Assembly: GCA_963811105.1 (NCBI GenBank)
Contig: CAWEPZ010000003.1
Coordinates: forward strand, 63,957-127,956
DNA from: Candidatus Bathyarchaeota archaeon
GTDB lineage: Archaea > Thermoproteota > Bathyarchaeia > Bathyarchaeales > Bathycorpusculaceae
DNA length: 64,000 nt
Direction of reading: 5' to 3'
Each line of letters starts with the position of its first letter. Position 1 is the first letter of the stretch. Positions 10,171 to 21,084 of the stretch are shown piece by piece. A program made the position numbers and the translations under genes. The notes beneath the pieces are model-generated. The model did not search any database. It saw only the letters and a program-made list of their open reading frames with translations, and was not told the origin of the DNA.

Positions 10171-11037
10171 ATGAAGACGCGAAATAATCACACAAGTTTA
10201 CGCAGAGATAAGCGTGCGGTTAGCCCAGCAATCTCCACTGTCGTTTTGACCGCCGCCGGAATAGTGATGATTCTGATAGCGATGACCTACGCAAACAACA
10301 TCCTGAGCTTAAAGATGGCTCAAAACGAATACAGCACAAACAAACAATTCATGCAGACAACTGCGCAGCAGATTGATGATATTGCTTGGACAGTTGGCCG
10401 TACACAAACAGTCAGTTTTTCAAACAGGTATGGAAATGTGCAGTTCCAAGCTGTGGCTCTCAACTATACTTTCCGAATTCACACAATTTCAGGATGGGAA
10501 AACTTAACTTTATCTGGAAAAACAGGAATTGTCCTCTACAACATGCCCGTAGGCTCATATTCCCTTGGCAACAATTACTTTGAACGCCTCCCCTCCAATG
10601 TAACTAGTTCATTTCTGCTGTCTGGTTCAACAGCGCCCATAACCCAAGTTCTATGCGAACAAAAAGTACCTATGATCGATGGTACTTACAGTCGAATCGC
10701 TCTAGTGCCTAACATGAGAGTGCTAACCTCAACAGTAACATCAACGAATTACTTCAAATTCTATTTAGCTGATCTTGAAAACGGCAAGAATCTCTACAGA
10801 TCCCAATCCATTACTCTAACAGGAAACGGTATAACAAAAGTAACCCGAAGTGGTGTTGACCAAGTAATCATTGATGTTAGTTTTCCAAAAGCAGCGTCAC
10901 TTGGATTTGACTCATCATTTTTCAATTTCAACAGTACGAGTATAACTCTCAATGCCTCTTCGACTCCTAGGTTGCCTTCTAATTCGGTTGTTGAATTCTA
11001 TGTTGGAAAAGTGGTAGTTGTAATCGGACAGGTGTAG
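10171..11037 (+). CDS. Pilin-like protein with class III signal peptide
   Basis: KRA/VSPAISTVVL prepilin cleavage-type motif followed by a hydrophobic helix. Confidence 0.8.
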   Translation: MKTRNNHTSLRRDKRAVSPAISTVVLTAAGIVMILIAMTYANNILSLKMAQNEYSTNKQFMQTTAQQIDDIAWTVGRTQTVSFSNRYGNVQFQAVALNYTFRIHTISGWENLTLSGKTGIVLYNMPVGSYSLGNNYFERLPSNVTSSFLLSGSTAPITQVLCEQKVPMIDGTYSRIALVPNMRVLTSTVTSTNYFKFYLADLENGKNLYRSQSITLTGNGITKVTRSGVDQVIIDVSFPKAASLGFDSSFFNFNSTSITLNASSTPRLPSNSVVEFYVGKVVVVIGQV

Positions 11038-11054
11038 CTCGTGGAGGATGAAAA

Positions 11055-11531
11055 TTGGTGCATATAACCATTGAATATATGATTATGATACCTGTCTTAA
11101 TCATGCAGATTTTTCTTTTTCCGTTAGCTGCCTCAGTAATCATGAACACTTGGGTAGATTCTAATATGACTATACAACTGCAAACAACATCGGGGCACAT
11201 GGGAAGTTACATTCAGCAACTATACTACACCATGAATCATGGGGCAATCTCAGACGGTTCCATGAAAATCGCCCTAGATGTTCCACCGATAATAAACGGA
11301 CGCGCCTACACAACTACTCTGAGTCATGTAACGCATCTGGATACGTCCTACCAGATTATGAACGTCACGCTCAAAATAATAGGAACCAAAGTCCAAACTT
11401 CAACCTTAGTAACACTAGGGCAAAACGTGGATTGGCACGAAAACTTGGCTTTCAATAGTACTTCCCATAATCTTAGCTTAATCGCCACCAAGACCGCGAA
11501 TTCCATTTTTATATCCTATGGAGGAAATTAA
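11055..11531 (+). CDS. Putative minor pilin
   Basis: N-terminal TIEY plus hydrophobic helix; position in operon. Confidence 0.65.
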   Translation: MVHITIEYMIMIPVLIMQIFLFPLAASVIMNTWVDSNMTIQLQTTSGHMGSYIQQLYYTMNHGAISDGSMKIALDVPPIINGRAYTTTLSHVTHLDTSYQIMNVTLKIIGTKVQTSTLVTLGQNVDWHENLAFNSTSHNLSLIATKTANSIFISYGGN

Positions 11532-12771
11532 CACGGCAAGCGCGGCAGTAGATCACATGATTTCCCTAACAATATTTATGGCTGCTATCTTGATTTTTAT
11601 CGGGCTCTTTAGCCAAACAATGCAGACAGGCATTACTTATGAGCTCCACACGGCACTGTCAACGAAAACAAGCGATCTCCTAGACACAATTTTGCTAAAT
11701 CCAGGGTTACCGGTCAATTGGTCACAAAGTGATTATGCAATTATGGGTTTCGGATTGCAGAATCCAGATTTCAGCCAATATAAGTTGAGTTCACTTTCCC
11801 CAATGCGGTTAACTTCTTCCACTCAATCGCCTGTTTATTATCCTCGGACAGGTGCATATTATAGCAACAATAGTGCAGGGCTTGGAAGCTGCTTACTTGC
11901 TCAATCGGCTAAGAGCATTAATTATTCTACTGTATCTAAGCTACTGGGAATAAACGGCACCTATGGATTCCAATTTATCCTATCGCCCACAATAACGGTT
12001 TCAATCGAGAAAACATCAACAGGAGCACCGTTGAAACTTTCGGTTAACGCTGCAGGAACTGGTTACCCACTTGCAAACGCACCCCTAAGTTACAGCCTCA
12101 TATTAGTGAAACAAGACGCAAACAACTATCCTTCCTATTCAACGATTAACGGAGCCGCTGCCACTGACCCAGCAGGCTTTGCGCAACTGAACTTCCCAGG
12201 AATTGACGGTGAAAGCCAAACTTATGGGTTAATAGTTTACTCCTACCTAAGCGGTCTAAAGGGCATGGGTTACTACGTCCATGAACTGCCTTCTTTTACT
12301 AAAACTGTGGTTCCGTTAATCGACAGCTTCCAGAACAGAACCATAACGATCGCTCATGGCGATTCTGTTGGTCAACCTCCACAAGCTCCTTCATATTCAC
12401 TATTAAGCTATAATGCATCTTTTGTTCTTCTAACCGAAGAATATACCTTTCGCCAAGTCGCTTTAGATCAGACCGGTGCAGTTGGAAAAGTATTCTATGA
12501 TTCAAGCAGCGGACAAAACTACTCTTCGATAAACCTGCCCAACAATGACGGAATATTAATTGTAACCTACAAGGGCGCGTCTTCAGGTCAGTATGGACTT
12601 GTTTTGGTGCCTTGGGGCCTGAGTTCACTGGGGATCCCGTTAACTTTCGGTGGCAACCCAACAGGGCAAGACTGGGTAACAACCGACATACGCCAAGTAA
12701 CCGTCGGCGGCTTATCTTACCAAGCAAAGCTCGAACTGTGGAATCTGCAAGGATATCAAGGAGGTCGTTAA
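11518..12771 (+). CDS. Pilus-associated membrane-anchored surface protein
   Basis: N-terminal hydrophobic helix, PG.P.NW motif, N-x-S/T-rich; overlaps the upstream gene. Confidence 0.65.
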   Translation: MEEINTASAAVDHMISLTIFMAAILIFIGLFSQTMQTGITYELHTALSTKTSDLLDTILLNPGLPVNWSQSDYAIMGFGLQNPDFSQYKLSSLSPMRLTSSTQSPVYYPRTGAYYSNNSAGLGSCLLAQSAKSINYSTVSKLLGINGTYGFQFILSPTITVSIEKTSTGAPLKLSVNAAGTGYPLANAPLSYSLILVKQDANNYPSYSTINGAAATDPAGFAQLNFPGIDGESQTYGLIVYSYLSGLKGMGYYVHELPSFTKTVVPLIDSFQNRTITIAHGDSVGQPPQAPSYSLLSYNASFVLLTEEYTFRQVALDQTGAVGKVFYDSSSGQNYSSINLPNNDGILIVTYKGASSGQYGLVLVPWGLSSLGIPLTFGGNPTGQDWVTTDIRQVTVGGLSYQAKLELWNLQGYQGGR

Positions 12772-14082
12772 ATGATTCGCACAATCGAAGTCCTGTTCGT
12801 AATAATAATTCTCTCCGGCGCCTTCGTTGCAGTCTCATACTTTACTGTGTTGCCGCCGCCAAGAGAAGTTTCACCCATAAACCTCAGGCGCCTCTCCTTC
12901 ACGACCTTGCAGACACTTGATTCAAGCTATGACCTAAGCCGAGCTGCCTTTGACACAGATAACTCAACGGCTTGGAGTGGACTACAAGTTGCACTTTCAG
13001 CTTCTCTGCCTCCAGAAGTTGTATACAATCTAACGGTTTATGACGTGAACGACGCAGAAGGGCAACTCTACAATTACGTAAATTCAATTTCCAACACTCT
13101 AAGCTTGGGCACAACTAGCGACGCATCAACGTATGCGGTGGCATCTTCAAACGTGACTTTTAACGTTACACCCCAAAAAATTGGGGAAAGCGGCAACGGT
13201 GGAACACTATATATTTTAAATTGCAGTGACTCAAACGGCTGGTGGATTACCGGCTACACAGCGCAAAGCTTAGCCCAAGACCTGTACAATCTATTATCAC
13301 CATATTTTGTTAAAACAGTAATGGTGCAGAATACCGCTCAGCTTGCGCAGATTCTGAATGGGACGCCTTTGCAAGGAGAGAGCGTTCAAAACGCAGTCGT
13401 CATCAATACCTACGGCGAAGCCGTACCGATACCTACTTCCTATTGCCAGGCGCCATATTCAAACGATGCTTACGCACAATACAGCTTCTTCTTGGGGCAA
13501 CGCGTGAACGTGTACAATTGGACTTGGGCAAGCATCGTAGGTTACCCGTTCTATTACGTAAGCAATACAGTGTCCTTTTCAAACGGGCAAAATACTTGGG
13601 GCATCTATGGAATGCAAAAGACGGGTCCAGGTGGCGCAAGAGCGTTTCTTCAAGGTTTAGATAGGCAAACATACCATACAGATGCCACCAACGTTACTGA
13701 TAGTAACGATAAACAAACTTCTCTTAGCCCAATAGCTCTGGCTGCGTGCAACTATTATGGTATTTATCCTTCTGCTTACCAAACTGCTACAAGAGCCCTT
13801 GGAAATACAATCCCACAAAGCTACAACCTTACGATTGGATTAAATGTTTTCAATTCCGTCGGAAACTATAATCCTGGCACAATTTACAATCATAAAGCAA
13901 CGGGTTCAACCAACATTACTGGTTCTCTTTTGGCTTTAGGATTAACTCGAACTCCCGACGTTCGTGTAACAGGCTTGAGTCTTCTGTCGTATTTTCAGCC
14001 TAGACTCTACGCTTCCGAATACACTACAAAAGGAACCTCGAGAATAGTAATTTTACAATTAGGTTTGGTGGGGAGTGGATAA
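12772..14082 (+). CDS. Pilus-associated pilin-like surface protein
   Basis: MIRTIE plus hydrophobic helix; abuts both neighbours. Confidence 0.65.
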   Translation: MIRTIEVLFVIIILSGAFVAVSYFTVLPPPREVSPINLRRLSFTTLQTLDSSYDLSRAAFDTDNSTAWSGLQVALSASLPPEVVYNLTVYDVNDAEGQLYNYVNSISNTLSLGTTSDASTYAVASSNVTFNVTPQKIGESGNGGTLYILNCSDSNGWWITGYTAQSLAQDLYNLLSPYFVKTVMVQNTAQLAQILNGTPLQGESVQNAVVINTYGEAVPIPTSYCQAPYSNDAYAQYSFFLGQRVNVYNWTWASIVGYPFYYVSNTVSFSNGQNTWGIYGMQKTGPGGARAFLQGLDRQTYHTDATNVTDSNDKQTSLSPIALAACNYYGIYPSAYQTATRALGNTIPQSYNLTIGLNVFNSVGNYNPGTIYNHKATGSTNITGSLLALGLTRTPDVRVTGLSLLSYFQPRLYASEYTTKGTSRIVILQLGLVGSG

Positions 14083-17000
14083 ATGAATAATAAAGGTCAG
14101 TTTTCAATCATAGCTGCTTTGCTTGTGGCAGTGGTTTTGATAGCTTCTGTCATGACGACTTATTCTGCAATTCGTTACAGTCCAGCTCAGGGGCAACCTC
14201 AAATTCTAAGTGCAGTAGATGAAACCAACCAGGCTCTGAAGCAGCTTTTAGGTTTCTCTGTTGGCTATTATGCGTCAGTTTTAAGAGTTACTGGAAACGT
14301 GACTTACGCTCAACAATTAGCTTCAACTTATCTAAACAGTGGGTTAACGAATGCGGGCTCTATTAAACCAGAATGGGGCTTATCGTTGAATGCTACTGAT
14401 TTGAAACTTAAGGCCAACTGGTTTTCCAATGATAGTTACAGTCAGGGCACGATGCAAGTTACTTATGATTTGAACGGCTTAGGCATTACGGGCATAAGCT
14501 ACAATGCTTCAACACGATTAGAAGTACAGGTATCAAACGCTAGCTCACCAACACAAGCACAGTTTAGAATATTAACTGATAACAATGAACCGCTAATCAA
14601 CCTTGGAACTAATAATATAAAGTTTTATCGTTATGCTTATGATAATTTAACTTGGGATTTTTCGGTTCCAACCAACATAATTTCCCATGGAGACGGAACC
14701 TATACAGTTGATCTCCCCTCGGGAGTATCTTGCAACTCCTACGTGGTTCAAGTGGAAGATACACGTGGGCTCTCTGTTCTGGCATCTTCATTTAGCGAAT
14801 TTACTTCGGCAATCGCTTGGAACTCAACTGCTTTCAGAACCGACTTAGATTACGTCGACAGAGCTAATTTGGACGTTTTGGGGACTCACAGTAATTTCAC
14901 TGCCCAACAAAACGGGCCCGACAGCGGCTATGACACTTTGACTGAAGCAGCCTCAGGAACCATACTTGTGCCAAGTTACCCAACATATTACGCGACTTCA
15001 GGATCAACCACATTAGCGAATGGAACATTAAGCGAATTGCAGGTTAACAACGGAATCTACATGAGTTTCCACTCTTATCCCTCCTCTTTTTCAGGATCAA
15101 ACACTACATTCGGATATGCAAGCATTGGAGTAAATACCCAAAGTATTGAAAATAACATAAGAGGTTCATTCTTCACTATTCCAGATTTTGGTCAAGTTCA
15201 AACACTATCTGTATATTTAGAATTGTCAGGTGCCTCAAACCGAAAAATTAAAACTGCTATTTACTCGGAAGCTCACGATTTTATAGCTGGATCCGAAGAA
15301 AAAACTATTTCGTCAACTGGCTGGTACAATTTTAGTTTTGCTGATCCTAAGCCCATATTGAATGCGAATACAAATTATGTTCTGGTAGCTTGGGCTGATT
15401 CTTCGTCTGGAACCGTTTCCATACGTTATGATGCTGGTTCAAGTAATCAGGGTCATCGGTCAAATCAAGCTTATGCTGGTTGGCCTGTTTCCGGAGGTTT
15501 TAATCATGACAATAATATGTACAGTATTTATTGCACTTACACTCCAACCAACCAATTCACTGCGCAGATTGAACTAAATGGAAATTCAACTATAGCTTTC
15601 CCTTGGAACGACCTTGTTTGGACAATAGATAGTTCTGCATCACAGAGCAGCGTAGCCTCAACTTTCCAACTTTTCAACTATGCGACAGGGCAATACTCCA
15701 CCAGCGGAGACGGATACATGACTAATACCATAGGACCTGGCGATTTAATAAAACCCCAGACAATAATAACAAGCCCAGCTAGCTATCTAAACAGCAGCGG
15801 ATACTGGAAAATCAATATTACTGCTGTTAAGTCAACTTCAAGCCCATTTGACCTAAACTTGGATTTAGTACAGTACAGTCCAGATGTAACTAATTATGCA
15901 CTAAATCTTCAAGAGCAATGGTTAAACGTAAACGCCACCAACGTTCGCCAGGATTTATGCATCAAAACAGGCACCATGGGAGCGGAGCCATTGTTGGTGC
16001 AGGTCTTGCACAGTGGCAACTGGATGACGCTCATGACGCTTGTACCCAATTACTTTAACAACGCTTCCTTAATTCCATACATTGATTCAACAAACCTAAC
16101 CATCCGCTTCGTAGGAAGTAATGACGGAGCCGACCCTATTCCAGACACCTGGAACATTGACTCTATTTATTTACAAGATGAGCCAGATATCAGTTTCCTG
16201 CTTAATATCCAACAATCCACATTCACCCTTGAACTCCTACAGAACGGCACTATGCGTTGGCTCGGCCAAAACATGCAGTTAACCACTCAAACATTGCCAA
16301 TTCCGCCCATCCCAGTAAAAGATATCCACCTTAACCAAACCATAAACGGCGTAAACCAGGAAGTTCCTTTCCAAATTGAAGACTGGGCATCCAACTACCA
16401 AATACCCTTAGGCTTAACGAGTAACTCCACGGTTTTTGGAAACCGTCAAATGATTGTTTTCCTGTTAAGCAGCAAAGTTAGTGACTTCACGGTTTGGTGG
16501 AATGGAAGCGATGTAGCAACCCAGACGCCTTTGGCATTCATCAACAAGTATTTCACCAATGATAACACCAACACCCAAACTCTTACGAATGGCTACGTTA
16601 CTCTTCTGTTCGGTAGCTTTAACGTTAAATCAACTGTGGCTGGAACTGGGACATTTAGCACCGCGACTTTCATGCGAATAAACCAGCAGACAAGCACCTA
16701 CGGCGCCGGATTAGCATATGTAATTCATCATGGGGTAGTAAGAGATGTTGTACAGCAAGAAGCAGAATGGAACAATGGACCTACAGGTTGCCCCAACCTC
16801 TATGCGAACATTGTTTTAACGTTACCTGCGAACGCGACATACTACACTTACCAGCTAAGAATAATGTTCATCAATTCAACCCAAGCACGTTCCATCACAG
16901 ACTTATCCCCAATCCAGTTAACAACTTCGGTAAGTACACAACAATTACAAACAGAAAATGGCACCCTCGCTGGTTTTCCAATAGTCCAGAATGGCACGGG

Positions 17001-17364
17001 AACATTCCTTAACGCTACAAGCGGCAGCTGGACGGCGCATCACTTTAGCCAATTCATCTCTGACATTGGAAAAGGCGCTGGAATAATGTTCTCAGACGCA
17101 GCTAACCAGAAACTCTATGCGTTTGATTCTATCGCAGGAAGCTCAACCGGCGCTTTGAAAGCTAGCAGTGCCTTAATCGAATTGCTGCCTGTCAGTGGAG
17201 CGCAAGCCTCATTCAAATATCCATATGATATTACTTGGCAAGGTGCAGTTGTAACGTTTGACAATTCAACGCCTATTTGCAGCTTTTATGAAGGAACGAC
17301 CCCGACTGGCCTTTGGATACTGGCTGAATATCCACCCACATTAACCGTAACTGCAAAAACTTAA
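14083..17364 (+). CDS. Large pilin-like adhesin with class III signal peptide
   Basis: KG/QFSIIAALLV motif; S/T/N-rich beta-type domains; 1093 aa. Confidence 0.75.
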   Translation: MNNKGQFSIIAALLVAVVLIASVMTTYSAIRYSPAQGQPQILSAVDETNQALKQLLGFSVGYYASVLRVTGNVTYAQQLASTYLNSGLTNAGSIKPEWGLSLNATDLKLKANWFSNDSYSQGTMQVTYDLNGLGITGISYNASTRLEVQVSNASSPTQAQFRILTDNNEPLINLGTNNIKFYRYAYDNLTWDFSVPTNIISHGDGTYTVDLPSGVSCNSYVVQVEDTRGLSVLASSFSEFTSAIAWNSTAFRTDLDYVDRANLDVLGTHSNFTAQQNGPDSGYDTLTEAASGTILVPSYPTYYATSGSTTLANGTLSELQVNNGIYMSFHSYPSSFSGSNTTFGYASIGVNTQSIENNIRGSFFTIPDFGQVQTLSVYLELSGASNRKIKTAIYSEAHDFIAGSEEKTISSTGWYNFSFADPKPILNANTNYVLVAWADSSSGTVSIRYDAGSSNQGHRSNQAYAGWPVSGGFNHDNNMYSIYCTYTPTNQFTAQIELNGNSTIAFPWNDLVWTIDSSASQSSVASTFQLFNYATGQYSTSGDGYMTNTIGPGDLIKPQTIITSPASYLNSSGYWKINITAVKSTSSPFDLNLDLVQYSPDVTNYALNLQEQWLNVNATNVRQDLCIKTGTMGAEPLLVQVLHSGNWMTLMTLVPNYFNNASLIPYIDSTNLTIRFVGSNDGADPIPDTWNIDSIYLQDEPDISFLLNIQQSTFTLELLQNGTMRWLGQNMQLTTQTLPIPPIPVKDIHLNQTINGVNQEVPFQIEDWASNYQIPLGLTSNSTVFGNRQMIVFLLSSKVSDFTVWWNGSDVATQTPLAFINKYFTNDNTNTQTLTNGYVTLLFGSFNVKSTVAGTGTFSTATFMRINQQTSTYGAGLAYVIHHGVVRDVVQQEAEWNNGPTGCPNLYANIVLTLPANATYYTYQLRIMFINSTQARSITDLSPIQLTTSVSTQQLQTENGTLAGFPIVQNGTGTFLNATSGSWTAHHFSQFISDIGKGAGIMFSDAANQKLYAFDSIAGSSTGALKASSALIELLPVSGAQASFKYPYDITWQGAVVTFDNSTPICSFYEGTTPTGLWILAEYPPTLTVTAKT

Positions 17365-17425
17365 CCAAAAAAACCTTATTAGCGTATCCATAAACAAGCT
17401 ACCGCATAAGATTTCCAAGGTGCAT

Positions 17426-18245
17426 ATGAATCCAAACCACACAAGCAATATTAATCGCTGCAAATATCACGTTTTCAATAGGTATTCTATTCTATGCTTC
17501 ATGGAGCGACTACAAAACACGCGAGGTAAGCAACCGTTTATGGGCAATCTATGCGCCTATTGCACTTATAATTTCCCTTGCAGAATTAATCCTCTATAGC
17601 CCCTCTCAGCTTGTACTTTTTGGCGTCAGCGTAGGCTTAACCGTCGGGCTAGCTTTCCTACTCTTCTATTCAGGTGGGTTCGGCGGTGCAGACTCAAAAG
17701 CTCTCATGTGCCTCGCCATAGCCATACCTTTTGCCCCTACAATCCTAATAACGCCCATTTTAAAAACGGCGTCTTCACCGATTTCACAGTTCATTTTTCC
17801 ATTCACCGTCTTTACTAACGGTGTCTTATTTGCAGCGGCAAGCGGCATATACATGATACTACGCAATGTCATTTGGCATAAGAGAAAAGGCAAAAAAATG
17901 TTTACAGGAACACTCGCCAAAGAATCAATCGTCAAAAAAATATTGGTACTAATAACAGGCTACAAAGTGAACATTGAAAAGGTTAAGGCGAAATGGCATG
18001 TTTTCCCCATGGAAGATGTTGAAATCGAAAATCCTCTGAAACAAAAACTGGTAATTATTCCTCATGACGAGGGGCGAGACAAAATTGTTGAACGCTTATC
18101 AAATGCAATAGATGCTGGAAAAATTGATTCTTACGTTTGGGCGACGCCTGGATTGCCAATGTTGATTTTTATAACTGCAGGTTTGATTGTTGCTTTATTT
18201 GGTGTGGATATAGTCTGGTTGCTTGTCCGATTTGTGCTTGGTTAA
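17426..18245 (+). CDS. Prepilin peptidase (A24, PibD/FlaK-like); ATG is out of frame by one base
   Basis: Frame open from 17430: ASWSDYKTREVSN...GGFGGADSK...WATPGLPML; ATG at 17426 is off by 1 (likely indel). Confidence 0.85.
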
Positions 18246-18254
18246 TTGAAAGTT

Positions 18255-18476
18255 TTAATGAAGCATGTTTTTGCTACGTTTAGAATAAGAGATTGATGCT
18301 GCGGTCATTAGGGCTGAGCCAAATCCGACGATTGGTAGCGCGTATCCTCTGTATGGGTAAGAAGCCCAACTTAAAATGAAACTGCTGTTGCCTGTTTGGT
18401 AAATGTAAAGAAATGTGCTTGCTGCAAATAACGTTATAGACAACGCCAATAGGCAAACTTCAAGTTTAAACTCCAT
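18255..18476 (-). CDS. Small two-TM membrane protein
   Basis: 73 aa, two hydrophobic helices, YPYR motif, upstream GGAG. Confidence 0.6.
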   Translation of the reverse strand: MEFKLEVCLLALSITLFAASTFLYIYQTGNSSFILSWASYPYRGYALPIVGFGSALMTAASISYSKRSKNMLH

Positions 18477-18571
18477 TCGTTAATACTCCCTTCTCCGTAA
18501 GCTAAACCCCATTAATCAAAAGGTTATTTTAGCTTTTGGGAAATATACCCTTAAGGAGTCTCCAATACACC

Positions 18572-19648
18572 ATGAGACGATGCAAACAAGAACTTACAGA
18601 TTTTTTAGCACTAGAAAAAACCAAAGAATGCAAAGTTACTGTTTTGCCTGATTTTTTTCTTGACCGGCTTGTGAACCTAAGTTGGAATGTCCAAGAGTTC
18701 TCAGAGTTAGTTTTAGATGTGGCTCAACGGAAAGGCGGCAGCATTGACGGTATAGCTCAAACTGACCTGCCAGGGGGAAACGCCATCAACGTCGCCTCAG
18801 CCCTTTCCAACTTAGGTGCCACGGTCACGCCGATTGTATGCACGAACCAATATGGGCTTCAACAAATAAAATACCACCTCCGAGATACTCAAATTGACAC
18901 TTCGCACATTAAAGTCTACGATAAGGCTTCGATAACAACAGCTCTGGAGTTCAAAAACAAGAGCGAAAAAACGAACGTTATGATTCGTGACTTGGGCGCC
19001 TTAGCGGAATTTGGCCCAAACGACTTAAATGAAAACGATTACGACGCGATTGAGAACGCAGATTACACATGTCTCTTTAACTGGGCTGGAACACTAAAAT
19101 TTGGCACAACATTGGCTCAATCAGTTTTTGGGAGAGCAAAAAAAGGTGTAGGTAAGACTTACTATGACACGGCAGATCCCACTCCAAACATTTCTGGAAT
19201 AACTGGGTTGATGGAAACGGTTCTAAAATCCAATCAATTGGACGTTTTAGGTGTCAACGAAAATGAAGCAATCATGTACGCAGCTTTTCTTGACAATTCT
19301 TTGAATGATGAAAAAGGACATTTAGAGTTATCTGAGTTGGCAATGGTGGCGGCAAGAATTTTGGCTAAACATCTGTCTGCAAGGATTGACCTGCACACCA
19401 CAGTTTTTTCCGCAACTCTAAAAGGGAAAAATGAGTTTGTTGTGCCCACCTTCAAGGTTAAAGTTTTAAGGGCAACTGGCGCTGGTGATGCTTGGACTGC
19501 TGGAAACGTTCTAGGTGACTGGAATGGGCTCTCCGACGAGTGCCGACTTATGTTGGCAAACGCTGTTTCTGCCTGTTACCTCTCCGATCGTGAAGGTAAA
19601 CATCCCACCAGGAGTCAGCTCTCAAGTTTTCTTAAGAATAATGCTTGA
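18572..19648 (+). CDS. PfkB family carbohydrate kinase
   Basis: GGNAINVA, NENEA, ATGAGDAW. Confidence 0.88.
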   Translation: MRRCKQELTDFLALEKTKECKVTVLPDFFLDRLVNLSWNVQEFSELVLDVAQRKGGSIDGIAQTDLPGGNAINVASALSNLGATVTPIVCTNQYGLQQIKYHLRDTQIDTSHIKVYDKASITTALEFKNKSEKTNVMIRDLGALAEFGPNDLNENDYDAIENADYTCLFNWAGTLKFGTTLAQSVFGRAKKGVGKTYYDTADPTPNISGITGLMETVLKSNQLDVLGVNENEAIMYAAFLDNSLNDEKGHLELSELAMVAARILAKHLSARIDLHTTVFSATLKGKNEFVVPTFKVKVLRATGAGDAWTAGNVLGDWNGLSDECRLMLANAVSACYLSDREGKHPTRSQLSSFLKNNA

Positions 19649-19718
19649 GGCTGTTAGCTAAATATTTTAAGTAACTACCAATGCATGTAGTAGTTACCAG
19701 TTAGGCGATGAGAGATAG

Positions 19719-21084
19719 ATGGCAAAACTGTTTGGAAGCTCCGGCGTTAGAGGCTTAGTAAACGTAGACCTTACGCCGCAACTTGCATGCAAGGTAGGCT
19801 TAGCTGTGGCTGCTTATGTGAAGGCGAAGAAGAACAGTTGTAGCGCGTGATACCCGAGTTTCAGGCTCAATGCTCGAAAACGCCTTGGTTGCAGGCTTAC
19901 TTTCGAGCGGAACCGACGTCTTTTTGGCTGATGTGATTCCAACGCCCATGTTGGCTTACGCCACCCGAGCATTGGGAGCCGAAGCTGGTTTCATGCTTAC
20001 TGCTTCGCACAATCCGCCTCAATATAACGGCATTAAAATATTCAGTGCAGACAGCTTATCATTCACAAATGAAGACCAAGATGGCGTAGAAAAAAACGTA
20101 ACAGAAGGAGCTTTTGCTTTTGCGAATTGGGGTAAACTCGGCAAAACTATTGCTTTTGACGCAAGCCAAGCTTATTTGCAAATGGCTCTTAAAGCTGTCA
20201 CACTTCGTAAAAAATGGTGGGTTGTCGTTGACCCAGGATGCGGAGCCACCTTCAAAGTTGCCCCTGAATTGCTTAAGGCTTTGGGTTGTAAAGTCACTAC
20301 CCTTAACGCTCAGCCAGACGGATATTTTCCAGCCCGAAAATCTGAGCCGACTGCTGAATCGCTCGAAGATTTGGCAAGCGTTGTTAGAGTTCTTGGCGCT
20401 GACATAGGCATAGCTTTTGACGGGGATGGCGATCGAGTAGCTTTCGTTGATGAGAAAGGCGCTTTTGTAAACTTTGATCGTTCATTGGCTGCATATTCTG
20501 CTTATGCGCTTAAGAAGACGGGCGGCGGCACAATCGTAACAAATGTTGAAGCTTCAATGTGTGTGGAAACAATGGCGCAAAAGCAAGGCGGCAAAATTAT
20601 TCGAACCAGAGTCGGCGACATTTACATTTCTGAAGCCATTAAGCAGTCGGGTGCAGTTTTCGGCGGCGAGCCGTGTGGAGCGTGGGTGCATCCGCAGTTC
20701 CATTTTTGCCCTGATGGTCCGCTTTCAGGAGCACTTATGCTTGAAGCGTTGGAAGAGGAAAACAAAACTTTAAGCCAATTCATATCCGAGGTCCCAGAAT
20801 ATATTACTCGACGAGAAAATATTTCTTGCAAAAATGAGATAAAGTATAGAGCGGTTGAAAAAATCGGCGTTGCCCTGCAAGCAGCATTTCCATCTTTCAC
20901 TGATTTTTCGACGGTTGATGGAGTTCGACTGGCATTAAAGGATGGTTGGTTGCTAGTTAGGGCTTCTGGAACGGAGCCGCTTATCCGATTAACTGTTGAA
21001 GGAGAATCAAATGCAGTGGCAAACGATATAACCAAAAAAGCGACAGCAATAATACAGAAGCAAGTTGAGGCTGAAATAAAATGA
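19719..21084 (+). CDS. glmM: Phosphoglucosamine mutase / phosphohexomutase; frameshift near 19830
   Basis: [12 protein letters not shown] start, TASHNP, FDGDGDR, RASGTEP; one extra base before VVARDTR. Confidence 0.85.
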
